A stretch of 64,000 nt of DNA, taken from the NCBI GenBank assembly GCA_963555755.3, contig OY820905.2, forward strand, positions 2,208,001 through 2,272,000, written 5' to 3'. Origin of the DNA: Nitrospirales bacterium (GTDB taxonomy: Bacteria > Nitrospirota > Nitrospiria > Nitrospirales > UBA8639). The notes beneath the pieces were generated by a model. The model ran no database searches and had not been told where the DNA came from. It saw only the letters and a list, made by a program, of their open reading frames with translations. This document shows positions 22,151 through 32,260 of the stretch, in pieces (within the stretch, counting starts at the first letter, position 1; each line of letters opens with the position of its first letter). The translations under genes were made by a program, and so were the position numbers.

Positions 22151-22687
22151 TTATTTTTCCGGTGGATAGCTGTCAATTGGAAGCATCAAATGGGCGTAAG
22201 GGGTATCAGGCCACATGACCCATGGGCCTCCGCCTTTTGAATTAGTTGGAAAATGTTTCAATTGCGTCCGATCAGGGAGGAGCATCATTATGTGGGCCTT
22301 CAGCCCATCCACCCAATCATCGCCTGGCTTGGGTTGGGTGGCATAGGGATCAGTGTTGCTGACAGGAGTGTCTCCTTGGAGCATATAGGCTATTCCCACC
22401 TGCGTGTAGGTTGGGTTCTTTTTCTTTGTCAGGGCATCGAGAAAGTTTAACCAGGAATCATTCATGCACCACGGATCCGTTCCAGGGGTGCCTGGATTAT
22501 CCGGCAGGCAGGTCCAGCCATTCGTCCCTTTGCGGAGGATCTTCATATTCCAATCCTTAATCGTGGCATTCTTGGAAATGGAGGCGGGACCAGCGCTTTC
22601 GGCACTCGCAATACTTCCCTCTTCAGCGAAGGAGAGCGTGGGTATGAATAATAGTATCGACAATGTCAGATAACGCAGAAGTTTCAC
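22151..22687 (-). CDS. Conserved hypothetical secreted protein
   Basis: AAGGAGG RBS before GTG; signal peptide; LRKGTNGWTCLPD, YMLQGD, WVMWPDTPYAHLM. Confidence 0.8.
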   Translation of the reverse strand: MKLLRYLTLSILLFIPTLSFAEEGSIASAESAGPASISKNATIKDWNMKILRKGTNGWTCLPDNPGTPGTDPWCMNDSWLNFLDALTKKKNPTYTQVGIAYMLQGDTPVSNTDPYATQPKPGDDWVDGLKAHIMMLLPDRTQLKHFPTNSKGGGPWVMWPDTPYAHLMLPIDSYPPEK

Positions 22688-23172
22688 GGTAGCCTCCTTT
22701 GGGTGTAAGAGACACAACGTTAACAAAAATCAGCACTTCACAACAATACTGCAAGCCGCTTGAAAATCTCTATGGCCGTTTTTGTGCCTTTGTTGGATGA
22801 GACTCCCCAATCGACAAAACAAGTGGTGGCCTTTCCTAGGGAAAGGAAATTTCTCTCCTGGTGTGTTCGGGAACCGATGAACGCGAATCCATACTGAGGA
22901 ATTCCTTATTTTTCATGTGGCTGGGTTCTGTCGCAAACAATGTTTTTGAAGGCAATAAGGGGTTTTATCTCCGTGTCCCACAGACGAGAATTGTCAACTT
23001 TACTGGAGTTTTTCAACTTGATCCAACATGAAAACCAGTGGCGTAACTCACAATTCTATTATTTGCGACAGAACCAGTTATAGCGGGGGGAAGAGGTAGG
23101 ATGGGAACACGGACAAAACACGGACAAACTGGTGAATGGCCACCCCTGAAATTTATCCAACTTGTTGAAAAA

Positions 23173-23196
23173 TTGGGGTGAGTGACGGGAATTGAA
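23173..23196. other. att site: 24-bp direct repeat of the tRNA-His 3' end
   Basis: TTGGGGTGAGTGACGGGAATTGAA is identical to 28636-28659. Confidence 0.9.
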
Positions 23197-23567
23197 TTGC
23201 TTGAGGCATAAGCGAAACGCCTCTATTCATACATGTTTACTCAGTTTTACGCGGACAGCAATAGACCAAAGTGGGTCACCTGTCCGCAAATCCGCAACCC
23301 AGCCGCAACCCGGTTGGGCATACCCCATCCCGCCCTCCTACGATGATAGGTCCCAGCACCTCTCCCCACACGGAAAAACGAGACTACGTATAAATATGTA
23401 GTACGCCCAGACTGCGCCATCTTTTCTATATAAATCTTCGAGCCAAGAAGCTTACAATTCCTTTCAAGAGAGGATAGGTATGACCAAGTTCCTGCTGCAC
23501 TGAGGCAGCAATAATTTCTCTTTTAACTATTCTTTTCACAAAATTACCCAAAACTAAGAGGGTCAAC

Positions 23568-24098
23568 ATGACAACCGAATATTCAGAAACCGAGTTAGCA
23601 ATAATTAATCTTCTAGAAAAACATGTAAATGCTGAACTAGCGGGTGATTTAGATACAACGATGGCAACAATGTCTGAGAGCCCACATCTTTTTAATATTC
23701 CCAATATGATGGGTGGTAACGGATACGATGGAGTCAGAAGTTTTTACAAGAATCATCTTGTTGGAAAGTTTTTTCCACCCGATGTAACAATGAATCGGGT
23801 GTCACTAACAGTGGGAACCAATCAAATTGTAGAAGAGTTGGTAATTAGTTTTACACATACCACTGCCATTGATTGGTTACTTCCAGGCATTGCACCAACG
23901 GGTAAAAAAGTAGAAATTGGAGTTGTTGTGATTGCTGGTGTTAAAGACAAAAAGTTGACCCATGAACACATCTACTGGGACCAAGCGAGTGTTCTTGTAC
24001 AGATTGGTTTGCTTGACCGTACTGGTCTGCCAGTATGTGGTGCAGAGAGTGCCAAGAAATTACTTGACCCATCTATACCAAACAGAACTTTCAATTAA
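23568..24098 (+). CDS. SnoaL-like/ester cyclase (NTF2-like) protein
   Basis: DLDTTMATM, SFTHT..IDWLLPGIAPTGKKV, HEHIYWDQASVLVQIGLL; AT-rich. Confidence 0.88.
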   Translation: MTTEYSETELAIINLLEKHVNAELAGDLDTTMATMSESPHLFNIPNMMGGNGYDGVRSFYKNHLVGKFFPPDVTMNRVSLTVGTNQIVEELVISFTHTTAIDWLLPGIAPTGKKVEIGVVVIAGVKDKKLTHEHIYWDQASVLVQIGLLDRTGLPVCGAESAKKLLDPSIPNRTFN

Positions 24099-24252
24099 CT
24101 CACCCACATCAGATTTAAAAAAACAAAAATTGACGGTAAGCGTAAATTGGGTCAATTAAATCATTTCGTGAATTAAAATCGAAAATGCAACTCACCGGTT
24201 TGGTGAAGGAGGCGTAAACGAATAGTTGATACAAGCATGACACAAACAAAGA

Positions 24253-24285
24253 ACCTCATCGTTTCGGCGGTGGGGCTTTTTTGTT
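24253..24285 (+). terminator. Rho-independent terminator
   Basis: CCTCATCG-tttcgg-CGGTGGGG followed by a T-run; near-identical to 25967-25998. Confidence 0.65.
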
Positions 24286-24477
24286 TTCCTTGTGACGACC
24301 TCAGGACTCATGAGGACGAGAGGCTAGGTGAAGAGAGGGTGCTAGGGAGAGGATGCCTCAAACGGCCTCCCCCCCACCGGCGACTCCACTCCCCCTCTGC
24401 TTTTTTATCTGTTGGCCATGTCGCCTGACGTAGGCACTCCGCTTTCATCAACCCACCATTACCATTTCCTGACCCAC

Positions 24478-24804
24478 TGTCAGCCAATTTAACAGTGTCC
24501 AGAAGTCCTCGTTCCACCATGGACAGCAGCGATTGTCTGTTTTGTGTGAAGGGTTGTGGAAAAAGTGTCGGTAATATTAACAGTGTACTAAAACGACGAA
24601 TTGCCCCATGAACAGAGGCGTTTGCGACTTCTGCGGTGTGTGGGTCCCTGAAAAGTGTCAAAATTTCTTACAATTTTGTTGTAGACGGTCTGAGGCGTCT
24701 TGCTCCGAGGTGATACGCAACGAACAGAAGCTGAACGCAACATTTTTCAACGCGCCCGGATATGTCACATGACGTAGACCGCCACCATCTGGCCTGAAAC
24801 TTGC
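24478..24804 (+). promoter_or_regulatory. Sigma54 promoter with three TGT-N11-ACA enhancer-like sites
   Basis: TGGCCTGAAACTTGC at 24790-24804; TGT-N11-ACA at 24478, 24566 and 24656. Confidence 0.65.
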
Positions 24805-25022
24805 GAATGCTAAATTAATCGAAAATCGCTGCGGAGGCATTGGGTCCGTTTAGGCTCTCTAGCATTCTTACACGAATGTTTAATAAGAGAAGAACAATTA
24901 GATTTCCCAAATGTCATTTCGAGCGGAGCAAGAAATCTGACATCCAAGTGGAGATGAGTGTATTCAACAATACCCTTAACTCCTTTTTCATCAACCAAAA
25001 ACCAAAACATGGAGGTATCGCG

Positions 25023-25931
25023 ATGAATTTTCTTAAAAGTAGAAGGAACAAAAACAATCCTATTCAACATTTTTCTCTTGGACTGACAGCGCTGGTACTG
25101 CTCCTCACATTCGGGTGGGTCAGCATGGCAAGTGCTGCTAAATTCGTGTTGTCGACTCGAGCCAATAACGTCACCCTCGGCGGGGTAACTTTTAATGATG
25201 AGGATTTGGTGATCTACGACACGGTCACGAATACGGCAAACCTGCTCTTTGATGGAAGCATAAATTTCGGCGCCTCAAACAGGGACATTAACGCTGTACA
25301 CTTCCTGCCCAACGGGAACCTTGTGCTGTCGACCATCAACGGGGGGACCCTCGGAGGACAAGCTTTTGCGGATGAAGATTTGGTGGAGTACAACCCCACC
25401 ACGAATATGGGCTCCCTGTTCTTTGATGGAAGTGCGAAATTCACTGCGGGAGGTGCTGACCTTAATGCCATTCACGTCCTGTCCAACGGGAACCTTGTGC
25501 TGTCGACCACCAACGGGGGGACCCTCGGAGGACAAGCTTTTGCGGATGAAGATTTGGTGGAGTACAACCCCACCACGAATATGGGCTCCCTGTTCTTTGA
25601 TGGAAATGCGGTTTTCACAGGTGCCACCACAGGTCTTGGCGTTGATGCGGTCCTCATCCGGTCCAATGGCAACATTGTGCTGTCGACCAATCAGACAGCT
25701 ACGCTCGGAGGGGTAACTTTTCAGTTTAATGATTTGGTGGAGTACAACCCAAATACGAATATGGCAACCCTGGTGCTTGATGGGAAAACCCTATTCGGTC
25801 CGAGCTTCGCTGACGATTTTGCAAATATTAGTGCCGTCTCTGCCCCTATCCCCGAACCCAGCACGATGTTGCTTCTCGGATCAGGCTTAGTCGGACTCAT
25901 TGGCTACCGGATGAGGAAGGTGCAGGCGTAA
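25023..25931 (+). CDS. PEP-CTERM surface protein with four ~58-aa internal repeats
   Basis: GGAGG RBS; signal peptide; repeats with 174-nt period; IPEPSTMLLLGSGLVGLIGYRMRK tail. Confidence 0.92.
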   Translation: MNFLKSRRNKNNPIQHFSLGLTALVLLLTFGWVSMASAAKFVLSTRANNVTLGGVTFNDEDLVIYDTVTNTANLLFDGSINFGASNRDINAVHFLPNGNLVLSTINGGTLGGQAFADEDLVEYNPTTNMGSLFFDGSAKFTAGGADLNAIHVLSNGNLVLSTTNGGTLGGQAFADEDLVEYNPTTNMGSLFFDGNAVFTGATTGLGVDAVLIRSNGNIVLSTNQTATLGGVTFQFNDLVEYNPNTNMATLVLDGKTLFGPSFADDFANISAVSAPIPEPSTMLLLGSGLVGLIGYRMRKVQA

Positions 25932-25966
25932 ACGAGTAGTCGATAATAGAATCACACAAACAAAGA

Positions 25967-25998
25967 GCCTCATCGTTGCGGCGGTGGGGCTTTTTTGT
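25967..25998 (+). terminator. Rho-independent terminator
   Basis: GC hairpin plus T-run after the PEP-CTERM gene. Confidence 0.75.
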
Positions 25999-26144
25999 TC
26001 TCACTTATTTCTCATGTGAGACCACTAGAGAAACCTTGTGGTGCGCTCCGACGACTTCTGGACAATGCGGGCGAAGTGGCGTAGTATAAATAAGGAAGGT
26101 TTTGTACGTATGACGTTATCCCACTGTTACTATGGAGTCACACT

Positions 26145-26306
26145 ATGCAATCTTTGATGACCGCCCAGGAAGTCCGAGAATATCTGAAAGTTTCACGGTC
26201 AACCCTTACTCGTATGCTTGATGCCGGCCTGCCGCACATTGGATCAGGTCGTTTACGGCGTTTTCACAAGGAAACGTTGCTGCGATGGTTCGATGAAAAT
26301 ACCTAG
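26145..26306 (+). CDS. Excisionase-like HTH protein (53 aa; not in the ORF track)
   Basis: MQSLMTAQEVREYLKVSRSTLTRMLDAGLPHIGSGRLRRFHKETLLRWFDENT*; GGAG RBS. Confidence 0.8.
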   Translation: MQSLMTAQEVREYLKVSRSTLTRMLDAGLPHIGSGRLRRFHKETLLRWFDENT

Positions 26307-26493
26307 GTATAAATCGGGGTGGAAATACGCCAAAATTTTGAGTTTTTCTACTTTTATATCGCTTGTTCTGTAGCCCGCACTGACCCATTGGGGTGTATGC
26401 GGGTGCAGTCAGAAATACATACGGAAGGATGCGGGGAAAGAGGGGTACGGGTCTAGGGTTATTAGGTCGCGAAAAAAAATGATCAGGTAATTA

Positions 26494-28196
26494 GGGCTTG
26501 CTGAAAAAAGCATTTTCGAAAATTCCCTCACCAACCAGCGATCCATTTTGGACTCCAGCCCCATTGGGCTTCCACCCTACCAGCACGAGAAGCCGGACAA
26601 TTTGTCTGCTTCTTCAGCCAGCTGGCCCGTAGAAGGCGTGTCCCAGTCCTTCGCCAATTGAGGCACCACGCACACAACAACAAAGAAACCCGGAGGAGCA
26701 GGTGCTCCAAGTTCATTACCAGAAACGAGATCTGAATCATCGTTTCGGAGGTGATGGCAAGTTTGGCCATCATCCGGCCTAGCCCCAACCGTCGCTTCCC
26801 TTGCCCCAACTTGCCTTCAATGGCCATCCGAGCCGTGGCATCCTCACGGCCTTGGTGCTGGTCTTGCTTTATCTGCTCAGCGGTGGCCTCGGTGAGCACC
26901 CGTGGGCGACCCAAGGGCGGCCCCGAGAGGCGGATTCCTTTGCTGTGGCAGAACTGCCGATTGGCACGGGTGCGGTAGATTGGGTCCACGTGAACCGAGG
27001 CCGGATAATGGTCGAACCGCCGACGATACGCTTCGATCTGTCCGACTAAATCCAGGGATTCGTTGTAGGCATCCCAACTGATGCGATCGACAACGCTGAT
27101 TCCCTCCACCAGACTCACCGAGATTTTGGCACCAAATTCAACCGGGCATCCGGCTTTGCCGCGCACGATGGGACGGACGTGAGGTTGGCTGAGGCTGACC
27201 AACCGATCGGCGATCCGATGACAGCGGCGCGTAGACATCCAGAGCTGTTGCCGATACAGTTCCTGAATCACGAGGAGCTGGCGGTAGCGTGGCTTGGGTA
27301 AGGTGCCCAACCGCCCCTCTTGGGCCAGGCCGGCAATGGATCCGAGATTGCGTCGGAGATACCTCAGCTGGTTGCCAATCCCTCGTCGGAGTTTCTGGCT
27401 CCGTGGTTTTTTGCTCTTCGCAATGCGCAAATAATCCTGTCGGGCCTTCTGCCGATAGGTGCGAGGCTTCTTCTGGGCCGTGGTGCGTACGGCATGCATG
27501 AGGTCAATGAGCTCTTCGGTTTTCTCGCGGGCGTCATGCAGCAGGTAGCGGTCGGTGGGATATTTGATATCGGCCGGCACACAGGTGGCATCGACGAGCA
27601 GCTGCCCTTTCGGGGGAGCGGGCTCGCCTTCTCCTTTCGCCTTGCCAGGTTCCTCTCCCGTTGCCTGGGCGTCAGCAATGAGCCGGGCGATGGCTTCGTT
27701 GATCTGCTCAAGGCTCTCGTCGGGAAACCGTTTGCGGAACGTGGTCAGCAGGGAATGATGAAACGGCGCCTCCTCTTGATACGTCAGAAGACCCAAAAAA
27801 TATTGCAGATAGGGGTTTTCGGCAATCTGGGCCACGAGTTCACGATCCGTGACTCCCAGGCGTTCTTGTAAGATGAGGGCCCCCAACGCGAGCCGCGAGG
27901 ACTTGGCGGGCGCCCCGATGTCGTCTTGGGAAAACTGCTTCGCGTAGGCCGTTTCGACTTCCGCCCAGGGGATGTGTTTCGCGAGAATCACCCACCGGTT
28001 GTCACTGCGGAGTTTGCCGCCAAAGGGCAAGACGAACTCTTCAAAGGCCAGTTGATTCACATGAGGTGTCCGATACATGGGTTCTCCTGGTGCAAGCTTT
28101 TTGGGAAGAGGGGGGAACTTTCTGTGCACGTCTCCCCCTGTTCTTACATGCAGAAGGCTACTCAAATCAATGGGGTGTGCTTTTATCAGCAAGCCC
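26494..28196 (-). mobile_element. IS5 family insertion sequence
   Basis: TIR GGGCTTGCTGAAAAAAGCA / TGCTTTTATCAGCAAGCCC. Confidence 0.88.
26528..28078 (-). CDS. IS5 family transposase
   Basis: LPFGGKL..DNRWV, ENPYLQYFLG, VDATCVPADIKYPTD, VEFGAK, IEGKLG.GKR. Confidence 0.92.
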   Translation of the reverse strand: MYRTPHVNQLAFEEFVLPFGGKLRSDNRWVILAKHIPWAEVETAYAKQFSQDDIGAPAKSSRLALGALILQERLGVTDRELVAQIAENPYLQYFLGLLTYQEEAPFHHSLLTTFRKRFPDESLEQINEAIARLIADAQATGEEPGKAKGEGEPAPPKGQLLVDATCVPADIKYPTDRYLLHDAREKTEELIDLMHAVRTTAQKKPRTYRQKARQDYLRIAKSKKPRSQKLRRGIGNQLRYLRRNLGSIAGLAQEGRLGTLPKPRYRQLLVIQELYRQQLWMSTRRCHRIADRLVSLSQPHVRPIVRGKAGCPVEFGAKISVSLVEGISVVDRISWDAYNESLDLVGQIEAYRRRFDHYPASVHVDPIYRTRANRQFCHSKGIRLSGPPLGRPRVLTEATAEQIKQDQHQGREDATARMAIEGKLGQGKRRLGLGRMMAKLAITSETMIQISFLVMNLEHLLLRVSLLLCAWCLNWRRTGTRLLRASWLKKQTNCPASRAGRVEAQWGWSPKWIAGW

Positions 28197-28658
28197 TATC
28201 TAGACCGGCAACTAGAAGCAGCCACGAAAGGATGGGAAGAGGTTCCCTCTTGGGTGTTCTGTAGTGAGACAGGAGGACTTCTGCACCCTCACAACCTTCG
28301 GGATCGGGTGTTCTATCGTCTTCTGAAGGCCGCAGGATTGCGCCAGGTACGTTTTCACGACTTGCGCCATACCTTCGCTTCCCTGTTGCTTCAGCAAGGC
28401 GAAAGCATGGTCTACGTCAAAGAACAGATGGGCCATTCCTCTATCCAGGTGACCGTGGATCTCTATGGGAAACTCATTCCAGGCGGGAATAAGCAGGCAG
28501 TCGATCGACTCGATACTCCTGTGGATAAATCCGAAAATAACACCGAATCCGCAACCCTACCGCAACCCCTCACCGTTGGCGCAGTGCTGCCCACCACATT
28601 TTCTTTGGAATATTCACGAGTTAGAAGTGAAGGGTTTGGGGTGAGTGACGGGAATTGA
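28197..28658 (+). pseudogene. Tyrosine integrase C-terminal remnant reading into the tRNA att site
   Basis: RFHDLRHTFAS...MGHSSIQVTVDLY; N-terminus missing at the IS5 end. Confidence 0.88.
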
Positions 28659-28714
28659 ACCCGCGACCTCCGGGTCCACAACCCGGCGCTCTAACCAACT
28701 GAGCTACACCCACC
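28637..28714 (-). tRNA. tRNA-His (GTG)
   Basis: GGTGGGTGTAGCTCAGTTGGTTAGAGCGCCGGGTTGTGGACCCGG...GGTTCAATTCCCGTCACTCACCCCA; G-1:C73 pair; encoded CCA. Confidence 0.96.
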
Positions 28715-28859
28715 ATCCAGAACTGATACGGACTGAGAATTGAAGTGATCGATAGGGGAAAAGAATTTTATCAAATGACCCCGGTGCCCGCAAGATAAGG
28801 CCTTTGCGTTTTTCGGGCACCTCGAAAAATTTTTCGTTCCACCGTTGGGTCTCCGCTCC

Positions 28860-29579
28860 TCAGCTTGTTCGACGATCAAATGCCGCTTGCATTTCTGACA
28901 CAATTGCCTGCGCCGCAGCTTGGGGATCGTCCGCGTCACGGATAGGCCGACCCACGACTAAATAGTCCGAGCCCTGTTCAATCGCTTGAGTGGGCGTCGA
29001 AACCCGAGCCTGGTCATGAGTCTCTGCACCAGCGGGACGAACGCCTGGAGTCACAATCACCAGCGTCTGACCAACCGCCTGCCGAATGGCATGGGGTTCT
29101 TGGCCAGAGGCGACCACACCATCACAGCCCACATCTGCGGCCGCTTTTGCCCTTGCCACGACTAACTCTGAGACGCTCCAGGTGGAACCACTCTCTTGCA
29201 CATCCTGCAGGGTAAAACTCGTTAACACCGTCACGGCTAGAATCTTCAAGTCTGGTTGTGCCCGTTTACCTTCAACCGCCGCTTGCATGGTTTTTCGATG
29301 GGCATGAACGGTGAGAAATTGCACACCCAGGTCCGCCGCCCGAGCCGTCGCGCGCTTCACGGTTTGATCGATGTCAAAAAACTTCAGATCCAGAAAGATC
29401 TCCTTCCCTCGCTCCTGAACCAGTTTGAGGACGGCTGGGCCCGCACTCGTAAACAGCTCCAACCCGATTTTGACAATTCGCACGGAATCGTGAAGCTGAT
29501 CGAGCAAAATCTCTGCTGCCCGAGCATCAGGCACATCCAAGGCCACCATCAACCGATCCCGTGCGTCGATGTGTGCCAA
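28860..29579 (-). CDS. pyrF: Orotidine-5'-phosphate decarboxylase
   Basis: VALD, KIGLEL, FLDLKFFDI, VTPGVR, VVGRPI. Confidence 0.97.
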   Translation of the reverse strand: MAHIDARDRLMVALDVPDARAAEILLDQLHDSVRIVKIGLELFTSAGPAVLKLVQERGKEIFLDLKFFDIDQTVKRATARAADLGVQFLTVHAHRKTMQAAVEGKRAQPDLKILAVTVLTSFTLQDVQESGSTWSVSELVVARAKAAADVGCDGVVASGQEPHAIRQAVGQTLVIVTPGVRPAGAETHDQARVSTPTQAIEQGSDYLVVGRPIRDADDPQAAAQAIVSEMQAAFDRRTS

Positions 29580-29677
29580 CCCTTACTTCCCTTCTCCCAC
29601 GTTTTCCATTGACCCTTCGGGGTGACGTATGTTAGAAATTAAAGGTTCGCGACTAGAATTTCTAATGGAGGACGTAC

Positions 29678-29953
29678 ATGCCAGTTGTTCATAAATCTGC
29701 GATCAAACGAGCCCGGCAATCGATTAAACGGAACCAACGCAATAAAGCCATCCTGCACGGCACTAAAACCGTCACGAAAAAGGTTAAAGCAGCGGTGGCA
29801 GAAAAAAATCCTGCATTGGCTCAAACCTTGCTTCGCGAGGCGACTTCGGCCTTGTCTAAAGCCGTGACCAAAGGGGCGCTTCACCGGAAAACTGCTTCCC
29901 GCAAAATTTCCAGACTTTCCACCAGCGTGAATTCTACAACACCCAAGTCATAA
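29678..29953 (+). CDS. rpsT: 30S ribosomal protein S20
   Basis: KSAIKRARQ..KRNQRNK; KGALHRKTASRKISRL. Confidence 0.97.
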   Translation: MPVVHKSAIKRARQSIKRNQRNKAILHGTKTVTKKVKAAVAEKNPALAQTLLREATSALSKAVTKGALHRKTASRKISRLSTSVNSTTPKS

Positions 29954-30028
29954 CCGCTCATTGCACTTCTCCTTCCCCTGACTAATTTAGTCTAGAGAAA
30001 GATGTATGTCCTAAATTGCAGGAGGAAA

Positions 30029-30148
30029 GGGGCTGTTCAAAAAGGCCTCCAGCAAGGCCGCAGGGGATTTGGCACCCGCAGCGTACATGAGTACGTGAGG
30101 ACGGCAAAGCCCCGAGAACGCCGCTGGCGGACTTTTTCAACAGCCCCC
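30029..30148. mobile_element. MITE family C
   Basis: GGGGCTGTTCAAAAAG / CTTTTTCAACAGCCCC; abuts the holA stop codon. Confidence 0.8.
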
Positions 30149-30149
30149 T

Positions 30150-31199
30150 TCACACTCGCCTGGTCTGGCACAGTTCAAACACCAGCGCATGAAACACACG
30201 ATGTGGAGAACCCGCCGCGCCACCTTTCAGGGAAGAATCAGTTTCGGCAAGCACGGGCCACGCCTGCGCAAAATGCGACAATGAAAAGCGTGTGGCCAGC
30301 GCAAAAAACTCTCCCTGACGGTACGGGGACAGTCCGAGTGAGCGAGCGACTTTCGATTCATTGATCCCTTGCGCCAAACTGTCTTTCGCTTTCCACAACC
30401 GTCGATATTGCCACAGCAACGCCCCCAATATTCTGAGGGGCGCTTCTCCGGATTCCAAATTTTTCTCCACGATGGTCAGAGCCTGGCTCGGATTGTTGGC
30501 GGCAATTGCCCCAGCCAAATCAAACACCGAGGCCCCTGTGTCCGCTCCCTGTACCGCCGCCACATCTTCGCCTGTGATTGTTTGGCCAACCGGGACAAAC
30601 AAGGCGAGTTTATCCAACTCCCGCCGCACACGGTACAACCCTTCACCAGCGATATCCTTTAACAGCCATGCCGCCTCTTGATCTAACTTCACTCCCAATC
30701 GGGTCGCTTCCTGTTTCACCCAACCCAGCCGGTGATTATCATACAACGGCGCACAATCAATCACGGTGGCTTTCGCCTTGAGCGTCTGCACCCACTTGGT
30801 TCGGCCATCGAGCTTTAATGCCGCCACCACAAAGGTGCTCGATTCGCTGGGTGTCTGAAAATACGGAATCAAGGCTTCTCCATGTTTGGCGGAGAGCTTA
30901 TCCGCCCATTTCAGAATGACCACGCGATGATCGGAAAAAAACGGAATTTCCTGCACGCGAGACAGGATTTCTTGCGCATCAGCTTCGTCGCCGTACAACA
31001 GATCACAAGAAAAGGTATCGTCGTGATCTGAGTCATGGGCAGCACTTGCTTCTGCCCCAGCGCCAAGATCGCGGGGTTTCTTCCAAGCACGAATCGCAGC
31101 AATGGCTTCGTCACGGAGATAATCCTCCTCGCCGACAACAAGATACAGCGAGTCAAGACCATTTCGTTTCAGGGTCGATGGGAGTTCAGATGGTTTCAT
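30150..31199 (-). CDS. holA: DNA polymerase III delta subunit
   Basis: YLVVGEEDYL, PFFSDHRVV, ELDKLALF, SVFDL; leuS-lptE-holA-rpsT context. Confidence 0.93.
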   Translation of the reverse strand: MKPSELPSTLKRNGLDSLYLVVGEEDYLRDEAIAAIRAWKKPRDLGAGAEASAAHDSDHDDTFSCDLLYGDEADAQEILSRVQEIPFFSDHRVVILKWADKLSAKHGEALIPYFQTPSESSTFVVAALKLDGRTKWVQTLKAKATVIDCAPLYDNHRLGWVKQEATRLGVKLDQEAAWLLKDIAGEGLYRVRRELDKLALFVPVGQTITGEDVAAVQGADTGASVFDLAGAIAANNPSQALTIVEKNLESGEAPLRILGALLWQYRRLWKAKDSLAQGINESKVARSLGLSPYRQGEFFALATRFSLSHFAQAWPVLAETDSSLKGGAAGSPHRVFHALVFELCQTRRV

Positions 31200-31246
31200 C
31201 GTTTGGGCTCAAGATATTGAGAACATGGCTACCAATGGATGAATGC

Positions 31247-31921
31247 CTAATTAGTCGTACCGCTCATAGACAATTGACCGTCAGACTCCGAAGACGGCCT
31301 CACCGCCTTTTTTCCGCCTGGCGAAAACGTCCCTTGATCGCGAGCATCCCAGAAATCCGCGGCTAAGATTCCCGCCACGTCTTGCCCCGCTTGTTCCAGG
31401 GCTCGATCTTGGAGTACGCGGTTAAATTGAAGTTGGTCTTGACCGGTCTCGGTATCAGAAGATTGATTCACATAAAAAGCCGCGGTGCCGGTCGCCGTTT
31501 CGTTCCACACGATCCGTCCGGTCTTCCGATTTTCGACCGTCACCCTCACCACCACATTCACTCGACCTTCCCGCGCTTCCGTTCCAGAAAACGCGAGGCC
31601 CAGCCCAGTGACCGACACGATTTCACCTTTCATCACGAATTCGGCTTGCCCTTCATCGTAGAGCACCTTGGCCCCACTGGCGGCCGCGAATTCTTGGCGC
31701 ATATATTTGGTGTATTTAAATTCGAGATTACTGTGAAACGTTCGGTTGATGAAATCTCGAATGGTCAATGGAACGAGAGGTCCACTGGCCTCGACTCCCC
31801 CTCCACCAATACGCGGGCCCAACCCTTCAACGGTAAAACGGTACCCGCATCCCGAGACCAGGAGGCTTAGACTTAAAAGGAATAAACCGAACGGTCGAGA
31901 GTACCGACGTGCGTGTATCAT
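31247..31921 (-). CDS. lptE: LPS assembly lipoprotein LptE
   Basis: Lipobox VSGCGY; lies between leuS and holA. Confidence 0.85.
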   Translation of the reverse strand: MIHARRYSRPFGLFLLSLSLLVSGCGYRFTVEGLGPRIGGGGVEASGPLVPLTIRDFINRTFHSNLEFKYTKYMRQEFAAASGAKVLYDEGQAEFVMKGEIVSVTGLGLAFSGTEAREGRVNVVVRVTVENRKTGRIVWNETATGTAAFYVNQSSDTETGQDQLQFNRVLQDRALEQAGQDVAGILAADFWDARDQGTFSPGGKKAVRPSSESDGQLSMSGTTN

Positions 31922-31938
31922 CGCGCCACCAGGATTTC

Positions 31939-32260
31939 GGGTTCGCGCAAAAATAACTTTCCCTGTTTGGGCGTCGATCCATCCCATCTGGCGGCGTTGC
32001 TCGTCCTTTCCATACCAGGAGCCTGTCCCAGATTAGACGAATCTACTGCGGATGCGCTGGCTTTGGCCAGATCTTCCGATACTTTTCGTTGCATAGTCCA
32101 ACTATTCGCCTCAAACGATCGAAACATCTGACTCAAACCAGCACCTCCTCGTGACGATCGCTAATCTCGGACAGGCTCCTAGGAGTATGCGCAGTCCTCG
32201 CGCCTTGCCAGACGAGTGTCTCAGCACCCAAACAGGGAAAGTTTTTCTTGCACGAACCCT
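31939..32260. mobile_element. MITE family A interrupted by MITE family B (32019-32178)
   Basis: A halves rejoin to match intact copies; B TIR GAGCCTGTCC.AGATTAG, flanked by CCAG/CTAG. Confidence 0.88.

Noticed and set aside
19598..24098. Integron cassette array
   Set aside because: No attC-like RYYYAAC/GTTRRRY structures or IntI were found by eye.
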